Both the position numbers and the translations under genes were made by a program. Below are positions 21,255 to 35,181 of a stretch of DNA of 64,000 bases, one piece after another (the first letter of the stretch is position 1; each line of letters starts with the position of its first letter). This DNA is from Dictyostelium discoideum (taxonomy: Eukaryota). The stretch lies in NCBI GenBank assembly GCA_000004695.1, contig CM000151.3, positions 4,960,001 through 5,024,000 on the forward strand. The letters are read 5' to 3'. The notes beneath the pieces were generated by a model, which was not told where the DNA came from, searched no databases, and saw only the letters and a program-made list of their open reading frames with translations.

Positions 21255-21328
21255 GCCTTAGTAGCTCAGTTGGTACGAGCGTGAGACTGAAGATCTTAAG
21301 GTCGCTGGTTCGATCCCGGCCTGAGGCA
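21255..21328 (+). tRNA. tRNA-Phe (anticodon GAA)
   Basis: GCCTTAG-TA-GCTC-AGTTGGTAC-GAGC-G-TGAGA-CTGAAGA-TCTTA-AGGTC-GCTGG-TTCGATC-CCGGC-CTGAGGC-A. The cloverleaf is canonical and the acceptor stem is fully paired. Confidence 0.9.
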
Positions 21329-21345
21329 AATATTTTTTGATGGTT

Positions 21346-22374
21346 TTCCAATGGCTGATGATCACTCCGCCGAAAAGACACAGTCTGATCACAGGTAAAA
21401 AAAAAAAAAAAAAAAGTTAAATCATACAGATAACAACACAACCAATACAAATAATACCTCCACAACCTCAACAACAAAAAACGAAAGTGCAAAAATCGAC
21501 ACACCTAAAAAACAAACCCTAACAAACCAACTCTCACTAAACAAAGGACTTGATAATCAATTAGATATCATTGCACCTCCATCAATCACAAGACCACTCT
21601 CCTTCTTAGAAAAAAACAATAACACCATCAACATTAAGTGTTACTTTAATCAACCACACATCCATGAAGAATTAACCTCTAAAGATGACACAAGAATCCA
21701 ACAAATTCACAAAAATATTCACAAACTCTTCGAAGATATACTGTCGCCATCAGCATTTAAAATAATTGGTGCAACAGCCTTGGTAAATTGCAACGTTGAT
21801 AAATTAACTTCAATAATCAACCTTCAAAACCAACTTGCACTAAATATAGACAAACTCAACTATAGATTCGATATATCATCAAATGATTATGCAACCATTA
21901 AAACATTCATTAAAACGTACTCACCCAAACATGCAAACGATGCAATTATAAACAACCTCACTAAATTCACCAGTTGTACATCAATTGAATCATTTACTGT
22001 CACATACTCATATGCTGTTGCGTTTAAAAGCTACATTATAACATATCATCTAATTGATCACACACAACATTGTTGATCAAAAGATCGAACAACCATCTGG
22101 TATCACAAGATATATCAAAGCTGCAACACGTAGTGTCACTAAACACAAAATTCAACATGCAAAAAATGCAGATATGGCAACAACTATAAAAAATGCTCTC
22201 ACAAACCCAAATATTAACAAAAACTATCAACCACCAAAAAACAACATTAACACCCCACCAATCAACGAAATTGCAAATTCCAATCGCAATAATAACCCAC
22301 TTCAAAATAGTGGTTCAAAAGCTACACTAAATGAATCACTTAATAATAACGGGAAAAACTCATTATCAATGTGA
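21346..22374 (+). mobile_element. TRE3-like retrotransposon fragment, plus-strand arm. It covers ORF1 from its ATG (no 5' UTR) to inside ORF1b. It begins 18 bp downstream of tRNA-Phe and is truncated at the palindrome centre.
   Basis: It is ~90-95% identical to 12680-11640 on the opposite strand. The ORFs 21780..22076 and 22054..22374 reproduce the ORF1a end and the ORF1b start. Confidence 0.8.
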
Positions 22375-23480
22375 GATTTCATTATTGTTTTGGGATTGAT
22401 TGTTATTATTAAGTGATTCATTTAGTGTAGCTTTTGAACAACTATTTGGAAGTGGGTTATTATTGTGATTGGAATTTGCAATTTCGTTGATTGGTGGGGT
22501 GTTAATGTTGTTTTTTGGTGGTTGGTTGTTTTTGTTAATATTTGGGTTTGTGAGAGCATTTTTTATAGTTGTTGCCATATCTGCATTTTTTGCACGTTGA
22601 GTTTTGTGTTTAGTGACACTACGTGTTGCAGCTTTGATATATCTTGTGATACCAGATGGTTGTTCGATCTTTTGATCAACAATGTTGTGTGTGATCAATT
22701 AGATGATATGTTATAATGTAGCTTTTAAACGCAACAGCATATGAGTATGTGACAGTAAATGATTCAATTGATGTACAGCTGGTGAATTTGGTGAGGTTGT
22801 TTGTAATTGCATCGTTTGCATGTTTGGGTGAGTACGTTTGAATGAATGTTTTAATGATTGCATAATCATTTGATGATATTTCGAATCTATAGTTGAGTTT
22901 GTCGATATTTAGTGCAAGTTGGTTTTGAAGGTTGATTATTGAAGTTAATTTATCAACATTGCAGTTTACGAAGGCAGTTGCACCAATTATTTTAAATGCT
23001 GATGGCGACAGTGTATCTTCGAAGAGTTTGTGAATGTTTTTGTGAATTTGTTGAATTCTTGTGTCATCTTTAGAGGTTAATTCTTCACGGATGTGTGGTT
23101 GATTAAAGTAACACTTAATGTTGATGGTGTTATTGTTTTTTTCTAAGAAGGAGAGTGGTCTTGTGATTGATGGAGGTGCAATGATATCTAATTAATTATC
23201 AAGTCCTTTGTTTAGTGAGAATTGGTTTGTTGGGGTTTGTTTTTTAGGTGTGTCGATTTTTGCACTTTTGTTTTTTGTTGTTGAGGTTGTGGAGGTATTA
23301 TTTGTATTGGTTGTGTCGTTATCTGTATGATTTAATTGTAATTCAGTTGAGTGATCATCAGCCATTGTTGAAAGGTATATAGGACGATAGCCCTTGCTTT
23401 ACTGAGCAAAAATAGGGCAAAATTAAGATGAATGAATGTGGTGGTAAAGATATAACAGTGATTTATTTATTATATGTATA
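22375..23480 (-). mobile_element. TRE3-like retrotransposon fragment, minus-strand arm (5' UTR + ORF1a + start of ORF1b). It is inverted relative to the adjacent plus arm, forming a ~1.0-1.1 kb palindrome.
   Basis: 23341-23470 matches the first copy's 5' UTR (12681-12830). The ORF 22366..22698 is the ORF1b start. Both arms end at the same internal position, within ~50 bp. Confidence 0.8.
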
Positions 23481-23517
23481 AATTCTTGTTTATTTCTTTG
23501 TTTCGTTTTTTTTCATA

Positions 23518-23582
23518 CTTTGATAATTTTTATAATTTTGATAATTTTGATATTTTTGATATTTTTGATATTTTTGATAGTT
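23518..23582. repeat. Tandem 9-10-bp repeat (TTTTGATAWT)x7 abutting the 5' end of the minus arm
   Basis: tttgataatttttataattttgataattttgatatttttgatatttttgatatttttgatag. Confidence 0.6.
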
Positions 23583-23789
23583 TGTTAAATCCAATGAGGA
23601 ATATAAAGTCAAAAATTAATTATAAAAAAAAAAAAAAACTGGTTTAGAAAATTCACATACATTTTAACAAAGAATAGTATATTGATTAATCCATCAAAGA
23701 TTTAGACAAATAGTGTACACTTTGTTAAATTGGAAAAAATTGTATTGTTAAAAACCAAAAAAGTTGGTTTTTTTTATTTATTTATTTAT

Positions 23790-26985
<3,196 letters not shown>

Positions 26986-27103
26986 CTATTTATATATGTA
27001 TGTATATAAATTAAAATTAAAATAAAAATAAATTAAATTATTAATATAATAATTTAAATTATAATAATATTAAAAAAAAAAAAAAAAAAAAGTTTTTACA
27101 TAC

Positions 27104-27279
27104 TCTAACATTGATAATAAATTAACTTCATTCATAGCATCGCTTCTTTCTTTTGGTTGCATTTCCATAACATTTATTTCTTTTAAAACTAATAAAAGAC
27201 CATCTGATTTCCTTTTAACTAAAATCGCTCTACCAAATGAACCTTTACCTATGGTTTTAATTTCTTCATATTTATCCAT
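27104..27279 (-). CDS. NIMA-related (NEK) Ser/Thr protein kinase, exon 1 (Gly-loop and VAIK region); GTATGT donor at 27103
   Basis: MDKYEEIKTIGKGSFGRAILVKRKSDGLLLVLKEINVMEMQPKERSDAMNEVNLLSML(D). Splicing restores ..LSMLDHENIIGYYDSF, the typical NEK sequence. Confidence 0.8.
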
Positions 27280-27340
27280 ATTTTTTTCTTTTTTTTTTTT
27301 TTTTTTTTTTTTATTGTTTTATTTGCTAGTAGTAATTTGG

Positions 27341-27374
<34 letters not shown>

Positions 27375-27486
27375 CCTTTTAATCGATTCTTTTTGTGCTT
27401 TATTTAAAAATGATATTAAAAAATTAAAGTGAGATTCATAATATTTGATAAATTGAAATAAATTGGTAAAAAAGTAATAGTAAAAA

Positions 27487-27523
<37 letters not shown>

Positions 27524-27974
27524 AAAAATGATCAAAAAAAAAAAAAAATAAAAATAAAAATAAAAATAAAAATAAAAAATAAAATAAAATAAAATACTTT
27601 TTTTTCAAATAATTAATTGAAAAATTAACGACGAAAAAAAAAATAAAATAAAAATAAAAAAATATTTATTTGATTGGATTTTTGTTTTTGATTATTTACT
27701 TTTTATTTATTTTTAAATATTTTAAATTTATATTTATGTTTAACCACTTTTTTTTTTTTTTTTTTAAATTGATTGACAAAAATTAAAAAAAATAAAAATA
27801 AAATGAAAAAAAGAAAAAAAAATATTAAAAATAAAAAAATTAAAAATAAAAATTAAAAAATGAAAAATTTCAATTCTACACACACACCATTACGAATAAT
27901 CTTGATTTGGTCACTGTTTTATTTACATTTTATTTTACTCTGTTTTTTTTTTTTTTTATTTTTTTTTTTATTTT

Positions 27975-28520
27975 TTAATGAACTGGTTTTGATAAAACTT
28001 TTTTCTTTTCAACTTCAATTTTATGGAAAACAATCTTTTTGGAAGTTTTACTTAAATATGACAATGACCCTATTGATTTTTCTTTTCCATTATTTTTATT
28101 ATTATTATTTGTTTGATCTTGATTTTCTTTTACCGATTTTTCTTTTTCTTTTTCTTTTTCTTTTTCTTTTTCTTTGTCCTTATTTTCTTTTTCTTTTTCT
28201 TCTTTTTCTTTTTCTTTTTCTTTTTCTTTTTCTTTTTCTTTTTCTTTTTCTTTATCTAAAGTTTGATTATTTTTATCAACAGATTGAGAATTTTCAATTT
28301 CCATACTATCTTGATCATCTTTTGGTTTATCATCGATATTACTATCATTTTTATTTTTATTATTTTCATTATTTACTTGACTTGCTTGTGATGTATTATT
28401 ATTATTATTATTTGCTTTTGTGACAGTTCTAAAAAATAATTGAGTTCCAAATGTTTCTTCAAAATTTCCTTTATAAAATGTATCACCTATCTTTAATATT
28501 GGATTTGGTGTTTCTAAACC
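27975..28520 (-). CDS. Acidic protein, exon 2 (GLETPNPILKIGDTFYKGNFEETFGTQLFFRT... then a KEKEKE repeat tail)
   Basis: The AG acceptor is at 28522-28521. It is in frame with ORF 27975..28304, and the intron is 107 nt. Confidence 0.4.
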   Translation of the reverse strand, partial: GLETPNPILKIGDTFYKGNFEETFGTQLFFRTVTKANNNNNNTSQASQVNNENNKNKNDSNIDDKPKDDQDSMEIENSQSVDKNNQTLDKEKEKEKEKEKEKEKEKEEKEKENKDKEKEKEKEKEKEKSVKENQDQTNNNNKNNGKEKSIGSLSYLSKTSKKIVFHKIEVEKKKVLSKPVH

Positions 28521-28627
28521 CTATTATTATTATTAATTATTAATTATTATTATTAATTTAGTATTAGTCAAATGATATTGATATAAATAATAATAATTAA
28601 TGATAAATGATTATTTACAATTAAACT

Positions 28628-29080
28628 ATAATCTTTATTTAATAAGTAACCAGGATCTTCACCAACGATTTCTAATAAAATTAAAGTATCATCTGGTTCT
28701 AAAGAATCCTCTTCTTCATCTAATAGATATTGACTTGATGGAAATCCTGTATCTTTTTCTTCTTCACTTGATATTTGATAAAGTTCATCATCACTATCAT
28801 CAGTTTCTTCAGATTCATCATCATCTTCTTCATCTTCCTCAATATTGTAAACACTTTCACCATAATCACCTTGTGAATTCTCTATTTCGTCAGAAAAACT
28901 TTCATAACCATCATCATCATCATCATCGTCATCATCATCATCGTCATTTTCAACTTGATAATCATTTTTCTTATTTTTATTGTGAGTAGTAAAGGTATTT
29001 TTAATTTTCTCTAATTTATTTTCAAGTGACTCCTCTTCATCTTCCTCTGATGACGCTTTATTTCTCCCTTTTTTTGGCAT
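28628..29080 (-). CDS. Acidic (poly-Asp/Glu) protein of unknown function, exon 1 (MPKKGRNKASSEEDEE...); GTAAAT donor at 28627
   Basis: The ORF track shows a 197-aa ORF. The true start is probably the MPKKG Met at 29080. The long DDDDDDDDDDDD/EE stretches suggest a chaperone-like or nucleolar acidic protein. Confidence 0.45.
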
Positions 29081-29790
29081 TCTTTTAAAAATTATTTGTT
29101 GTGTTTTGAAGAAGGAAAAAAAAAAAAAATAAAAAAATAAAAAAAAAAAAGTAAAAAACAAAAAAAAAAGCGAAAAAATGAAAAATAAAAAAATTAAATT
29201 TAGAAATAAAATTATTAATTATTATTATTATTATTATTTTATTTTAACCTTAAATAATTAAATAAATAATAATAATTAATATAAAACAATTATACAAAGT
29301 TTTAATTTATTATTTTTATTTTAATTTTTAATATAAAGTCAATTATTAATATTTTTTTTATTTTGTATGATTAATTTTTTTTTTGTTTTTTTTTTTTTTA
29401 TATTGATCCATTAAAGGAAATAAACAGTAATAAATAGATTTTTTTATGGATTTTAATTTAAAAAGTTAAGTTTTTTTTTTTTTTTCTTTTTTTTTTTTTT
29501 TTAAGGAACCAATATTGTTTCAGTTTAGGTTGTCTAAATAGAATATTTGGTTAGTTAAAAGAAGATAAAATTACTACTATTTTGGGAATTATTTAAATAA
29601 ATTGGTGGAAAGAGACTAGGTTTGGGATCACTGATTTCGGAATGCAATAAACTTTGCATGTTAAGTTTCTTAAATTAATAATTTGAGGAAAAAATTTGGA
29701 TCTTTGAAGTGATGATCGATTATTAAATTTGGTTACATTTGAAGTAACAAAGCGTCGAACTTGTGATCTATAAATTACGTGAGAAAATTA

Positions 29791-29863
29791 CGCCCAAAGG
29801 GGGGCTCGAACCCCCGACCACAAGGTTAAAAGCCTTGCGCTCTACCGACTGAGCTATCTGGGC
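29791..29863 (-). tRNA. tRNA-Lys (anticodon UUU)
   Basis: On the minus strand it reads GCCCAGA-TA-GCTC-AGTCGGTA-GAGC-G-CAAGG-CTTTTAA-CCTTG-TGGTC-GGGGG-TTCGAGC-CCCCC-TTTGGGC-G. An ex-B-box-like AGTTCGACGC lies 30 bp downstream at 29752-29761. Confidence 0.85.
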
Positions 29864-30594
29864 AATATTGTTAAATTTTTTGGAAAATTTTCAAATTTTA
29901 TACTGAATTTTTTTACAACGGATCCTCTTCCATAAAAACAAAAACAAAAAATATAAATTCAAACGTAATGGTTCATTCGCCATGGGTCATACAAAAAAAA
30001 AAATAAATAAAAAATTGAATTAAAACAAACTTTGTTCTTTTTTTATAAAACTACTTAAAAACATCTAAAAAGGTGGTTATAAAAAAAAAAAAAAACCAAG
30101 AAAAGCACACATTTAAACGAAATTTTAGTTTTTTATGGCATTTTTAAAAATGTAAAATTTTTTTTTAAAAATCAAAAAAAAAAAAAAAAAGATTGAATAA
30201 GCATAAAAAAAAAAAAGATTAAATAGGCCTTCAATTTTTTAACCCATTCACAGAATCCTCGAGAAAAAATATCTTTTACCATTGCAATTTCCAAAACGAA
30301 AGAGGAGCATTCCAACTGACAGTAAAAAAAATAAATAAAAAAATAAATATTTGGAAGGAAAAAATCAATTTGCCGAGCAATGAGTGTTTTAATTCACCAA
30401 AAAAATAATTTATTACAAATAAACAATAGATTATTCATACTATTTTCTGAGCGAAATAGATATTTCCAAGCCTATTGATAATGTCGTAAATTTATTTCTT
30501 TTTTTTTTTTCAAAAGTTTATAACCATTTTTTTTTTTTTTTTTTTTTTTTGTTAATAAGTTTTAGGTTCTATTACACTAAAAAAACAATATATA

Positions 30595-30613
30595 ATGTCA
30601 AATTGGGAACACG
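30595..30613 (+). CDS. PLAC8 (DUF614, Cys-rich) family protein, exon 1 (MSNWEH + 1 nt); GTATGT donor
   Basis: The tiny first exon is spliced to GLCDCTSD..., giving the PLAC8 N-terminal signature W..GLxDCxxD. Confidence 0.55.
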
Positions 30614-30681
30614 GTATGTAAATAATTTATTTTTTTATTTTTATAAAATAAATATCTAACTAAATTTTATTTTTAAATTAG

Positions 30682-30740
30682 GTTTATGCGATTGTACTTC
30701 TGATATCAGAGTTTGTTGTATCAGTTACTTATGGCCACAA
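30682..30740 (+). CDS. PLAC8 family protein, exon 2 ((G)LCDCTSDIRVCCISYLWPQ); GTAAAT donor
   Basis: The phases are consistent with exons 1 and 3. Confidence 0.55.
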
Positions 30741-30886
30741 GTAAATATATATAATCATGATATTTTAAAATTGAAATATTATCATTTATCTCTGTTTTTA
30801 AAAATATTAACCAATTTTTCTCATAAAATATAAATATTAACATTTATCTTTGTTATTTCTAATGAAACCAATTTTTTGACCCCAAG

Positions 30887-31138
30887 CTTCAAATTATGCA
30901 ACAGAGGGCTACAGTAGAGGGCAGACAGTGTGAAATCACTGATTGCATCTTCACTGCTTTATGTTTTCCATGTGTTACTTGTTTAACTCGTTCACAAATC
31001 AGAGAAAAACATGGTATAGAAGGTTCAGGTGTTATGGATTGTTTAACTGTCTGTTATTGTACCCTCTGTACCATTCACCAACAAACTATGCAACTCCAAG
31101 CTAAAGGTGAAAAACCATCAGGTTTATTCATGAACTAA
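30887..31138 (+). CDS. PLAC8 family protein, exon 3 (...CFPCVTCLTRSQIREKHGIEGSGVMDCLTVCYCTLCTIHQQ...)
   Basis: It matches the PLAC8 C-terminal consensus (..R..YGI.GS...DC....CC..C.L.Q), and the total length is ~109 aa. Confidence 0.65.
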   Translation, partial: LQIMQQRATVEGRQCEITDCIFTALCFPCVTCLTRSQIREKHGIEGSGVMDCLTVCYCTLCTIHQQTMQLQAKGEKPSGLFMN

Positions 31139-31619
31139 ATTCTTTTTTTTATTATATAATAATAATAAAAAAAAAATAAATAAATAAAAAAATATAAAAA
31201 AATTGTTAAATAATATAATTTTAGTTTTTTTTATTTTTTATTTTTTATTATTATCATTAAATATATAAAATTTTAAATATTTAATATTATTATTTATTTA
31301 TATTTATTTAAAAAAAAAAAAAAAAAGATATTTATTTATTTTTTTTTTTTTCTCAATTTTTTTTTTTAAATTTTTTTAATTATTATAACTTTTATTATTA
31401 TTTTTTTTTTTTTAGTTTTTTAAAATTATTGTTACATGAATTAAATATCTATGGGATTCACATTTTTCCGGATCCTGGTAAGATTTTTTTTATTTTTTTA
31501 TTTAATTTTAAAATTTTATTTTATTTTTTTTTTTTTCCAATGCCTCGAAAAAAAAAAAAAAAAAAAGTTTAAAAAAAAAAATTGGTCAATCTTTTTTTTA
31601 AATAAAAAAAAAAAAAAGA

Positions 31620-31793
31620 ATGAAAATAATTAATTCATTTGTATTTATATTTGTATTATTATTTGTATTTAATACAAATGCAATTAAATTAAGTGAAGAT
31701 GAAAAGTATTCTATTGAAGAAAAACCAGAATGGTATTCAATCGATTCAAATTTTGCAGTTTCACCTGGTAAAATTTCAGATGCTTTAGGTTGG
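31620..31793 (+). CDS. Phospholipase B-like protein (LAMA/PLB-like family), exon 1 with signal peptide; non-consensus GTTAGT donor (uncertain)
   Basis: MKIINSFVFIFVLLFVFNTNA is a signal peptide. The exon 1/2 join gives ..DALGW|GYYKNEILKDGWGKLYVEMN. Confidence 0.5.
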
Positions 31794-31863
31794 GTTAGTA
31801 ATAATAATAATAATAATTTATTATTTATTTAATTATTTTAAATTAATTTTTTTTTTTTTTTAG

Positions 31864-32773
31864 GGATATTATAAAAATGAAATTTTAAAAGATGGTTGGG
31901 GTAAATTATATGTTGAAATGAATAAATTTATGACACCAGAAAATTCATCAATTTATTATGAAGCAACAGGTTATTTAGAAGGTTATTTAACATGGTCAAC
32001 CACATGGAATTATAGTCAAGCTTATTTCCAAAATTATATGAATGGAACCAATGAGAGTGATATTCCAACACCATTAGTTGAATTTTTAAAAATCAATTAT
32101 GATTGGATGACAAGTACATTCTCAAATAGAGATGAAAGTGTATATGATACACAAGTTTCAAATGTAATTTATCAATTTGAAGGTTTTGCAAGAGGTTATC
32201 AACAAGCAGCAGACTCTGATAAACAATTAACAACCCTTCAATTATTATTACTTCAATATGCTGGTGATCTTGAAGATGTTGCAGGTTATTTGGAATATGA
32301 AATGGCACAAAATAAAACCGAATATATCAACAGAGTTAAATCATTGAAAGAGATTGAAACTTTGTTTGCAGTAAAAGGTAGATGCTCAGGTTTAGTTCGT
32401 ATAACACCAGACTATGGTGAATTATTCATCTCTCATACTACATGGGGTTCTTACTTTACTGCAGGTTATAGAATTTTCAAACGTATAATCATTCCAGATC
32501 CAACTGTACCAGGTAATGAAATCTTATTCGCATCATATGCTGGTGTTTTAACATCTGATGATGACTTTTTCATGATACCTTCAACTGAAATGGTTATCAT
32601 TGAAACTACAAATGATATTTTAAATACTTCTCTCTATCAATATGTAACTCCAAATTCTTTATTATATTTTGTACGTTCAATAATTGCAAATCGTCTTTCA
32701 AATACTGCTCAAGAATGGACAAATAATTTTATTCAATATAATTCTGGTACTTATTCAAATCAATGGATGATTG
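31864..32773 (+). CDS. Phospholipase B-like protein, exon 2
   Basis: It contains the PLB-like motifs ATGYLEGYLTW, CSGLVRITPDYGELFISHTTW, and NQWMI|V. A GTAAAG donor at 32774 gives phase 1. Confidence 0.7.
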
Positions 32774-32885
32774 GTAAAGTATATTTTTTAAATTTATTAT
32801 TAAATTTAAAATTTTAATAATATAAATATTAATATTAATATATATATTATTTTTTTTTTTTAATGAATTTATATATTAAAATTAG

Positions 32886-33493
32886 TTGATTATAAATTAT
32901 TTACACCATATCAACCATTACAACCAAATACATTTTGGATTATTGAACAATTACCAGGTGGTTTTATGTCGGCTGATATGACAGAGGTATTGGCATTAGG
33001 TAATTGGCCATCATTTAATAGACCATTTTTCCCAGAGATTTATGATGCAATGGGTTATAGTTATTATGAGAAATTGTATGGTGATATAATTTCATACGAT
33101 TTAAATCCACGTTCAAAAATGTTTAGACGTGATGTTCCAAATGTAATGTCATTGGATGGTATGCAACAAATTATGACTCAAAACAACTATAAATCGGATC
33201 CATTCTCTGGTGGTTTCCCTGGTAATGCAATTGCTGCTCGTTATGATCTTGGTGGTGGTCCTGCTGAACCATTAAGTTGGAGTTTTATTGGTTTACATGG
33301 TGCTATCGATTCAAAGATTACCTCTTACTCTTTACTTCAACAAAATCAAGCTATCGCTATCAATGGTATGACTGTAACTCCAGATTGTCCACCTTTCACT
33401 TGGAATTCAAATTGGAGTACTGTTTCTGCTCATTATGGTTCACCCGAAACTTTTGATTTCGATTGGATATCTATTACTATTACTGATAAATAA
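32886..33493 (+). CDS. Phospholipase B-like protein, exon 3
   Basis: (V)DYKLFTPYQPLQPNTFWIIEQLPGG...DLGGGPAEPLSW... The stop is at 33491-33493. Confidence 0.7.
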
Positions 33494-34420
33494 TTATAAT
33501 AATTATTATAATAATAATATAATAATAATTTAAATAAAATTTAATTAATTTTATTTTTATTTTTAATTATTTTATTTTATTTTTTTTTTTTTTCAATTTC
33601 AAAAAAACTTAATTGATAATATGTTTGTCAATATATTTAAAATTAAATAACAATTTGGTTTAATAATACCAAGAAAAGATCATTAATTGTTGATAATCAA
33701 AAGTCAACTACAAACATTTTTTCAAATAAAAGATTATTATTATTATTTATTATTTTGTATGAATTTTATAAAATAAACTAATATTTTTTTAATCGAGACA
33801 TAAAAAAGTAATTAAAATCAGGAATTCAAATAATATAAACCATAAAATTTATAAAATTCTAATATTTATTTATATATATTTGTTTCTTTGATTGAAATTC
33901 ATTGAAAAAATTAATGAAATTTCATTAAATAAATAAATAAATAATGAATAAATAAATAAGCAAACAAACAAATAAATAAATTTAATATAATTTTTAAAAA
34001 CATTTAATTCCTTTTTTTTTTTTAATTTTTTTTTTTTTTTTTTTTTTTTTTCTAAAATTAACCTGTATACAATTAATATTAGTATATTTGTTTGTAATTA
34101 TAAATATAATAAAACCTTTAATAGTTTTTTTTTTTACAAGTAAAATTTATAAATACAAATTTTTTAGTTCAGAGTTGTAAAACCATTAAAATAAAACAAC
34201 TTTTATTTTAGTCATTCTATTTTTTTATTTCTTTTTTATTATATTTTCAGGGGTGAAACTGGTAGAATTTTATTAATACTCTTGTATCCAAATATGGAAT
34301 TGCCGATGTAATATTCGTTAAAAAATATTGTCAACAAAATTCTCTTTAAACCAAAAAAAAATGACTCATTTTCAAAGTTTTATTTGTAGTTTTTTACAGG
34401 GTCTCTAAAAGAGGGGTTGG

Positions 34421-34462
<42 letters not shown>

Positions 34463-34463
<1 letters not shown>

Positions 34464-34740
34464 TTTCAAATTTTGAATTGTATTATTACTTTTGATTAAA
34501 ACATCTTTTTTGTCCAAACTTTTTTCTAAATCTTTTTTTATTTTATCGTCTGGTTCGTGATTGATGTTTATGACGTATTTGAATTGTTTTTTTTTTAATT
34601 GAGTTTTATCCACAATTTCGCTTATTTTTAGTAGGCATGTGTGTTGCTTAATATTTGTGGTGTTGTTTGTGATTTTCATTTTATTTTCTTTCTATCTTTT
34701 TTATTTTTCTTTAAAAAGTTAAAAATCTGGAAATTTTCTG
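34463..34740 (-). mobile_element. Second, unrelated retroelement 3'-end fragment ending in a ~37-nt poly(A) (plus-strand poly-T 34426-34462). It sits distal to the first, consistent with an older insertion displaced by the newer one.
   Basis: The ORF fragment reads MKITNNTTNIKQHTCLLKISEIVDKTQLKKKQFKYVININHEPDDKIKKDLEKSLDKKDVLIKSNNTIQNLKQ* followed by the A-tract. Confidence 0.4.
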
Positions 34741-34755
34741 ATTAACTTGGGTTCC

Positions 34756-34816
<61 letters not shown>

Positions 34817-34818
<2 letters not shown>

Positions 34819-35046
34819 TTATAGAAAGTACTGAGTGAATTATTGTATTTTTTGAGATGTTTAGGAAGTTCTATTGTGTGAAGAGGTGAGTTCCATTGTC
34901 TGCTAAATTGTAATAGCTTTAGCGAGATTAGTGAGTCTAATTTATTTTGTTCTTCTGGCCGTTGCTTTGATTTGATTCTTAATGTTTTGTTTATAACCGC
35001 TTGTGTCCTGTCCCATGCAGCTCTTTGTGTTTTAATTAGTTCACGT
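34817..35046 (-). mobile_element. 5'-truncated retroelement 3' end (ORF C-terminus plus short 3' UTR) ending in a ~58-nt poly(A), seen as plus-strand poly-T 34758-34816. Its proximal end lies ~48 bp upstream of tRNA-Trp, so it is TRE5-like by position.
   Basis: G+C is elevated relative to the flanks. The minus-strand ORF fragment reads ...KTRELIKTQRAAWDRTQAVINKTLRIKSKQRPEEQNKLDSLISLKLLQFSRQWNSPLHTIELPKHLKKYNNSLSTFYK*. The long terminal A-tract is present. The inner boundary of the fragment is approximate. Confidence 0.5.
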
Positions 35047-35093
35047 GTTTTCAAATACGCGTAAAGGAGGTATATTTTCCATTTTATATTCAT

Positions 35094-35181
35094 TGACTCC
35101 TTAGCATAGTGGTTTATTGTAATTGTCTCCAAAACGTTAGAAGTTAGCAGTTGGTCCAGGGTTCAACTCCCTGAGGGGTCT
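35094..35181 (+). tRNA. tRNA-Trp (anticodon CCA) with a 13-nt intron (35133-35145) at the canonical 37/38 position. Pol III terminator TTTTT at 35186.
   Basis: GACTCCT-TT-AGCATAGTGGTTTATTG-T-AATTGT.. The anticodon stem is ATTGT/GCAGT around the loop CTCCAAA, with the intron AACGTTAGAAGTT, then A38. The variable loop is TGGTC. The T arm is CAGGG-TTCAACT-CCCTG. The acceptor 3' strand is AGGGGTC. The ex-B box GGTTCGAATC lies at 35209-35218. Confidence 0.7.

Noticed and set aside
23518-23582. Possibility that the TTTTGATAWT x7 array is a CRISPR-like array
   Set aside because: This is a eukaryotic genome. The repeats have no unique spacers and are simple AT-rich satellite.
27860-28423. Plus-strand ORF of FLFLFL repeats
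   Set aside because: It is antisense to the KEKEKE tail of the acidic-protein gene.
34815-35132. 105-aa minus-strand ORF overlapping tRNA-Trp
   Set aside because: It overlaps a bona fide tRNA and is followed by a long poly(A). It is better explained as a retroelement ORF2 C-terminal remnant than as a cellular gene.
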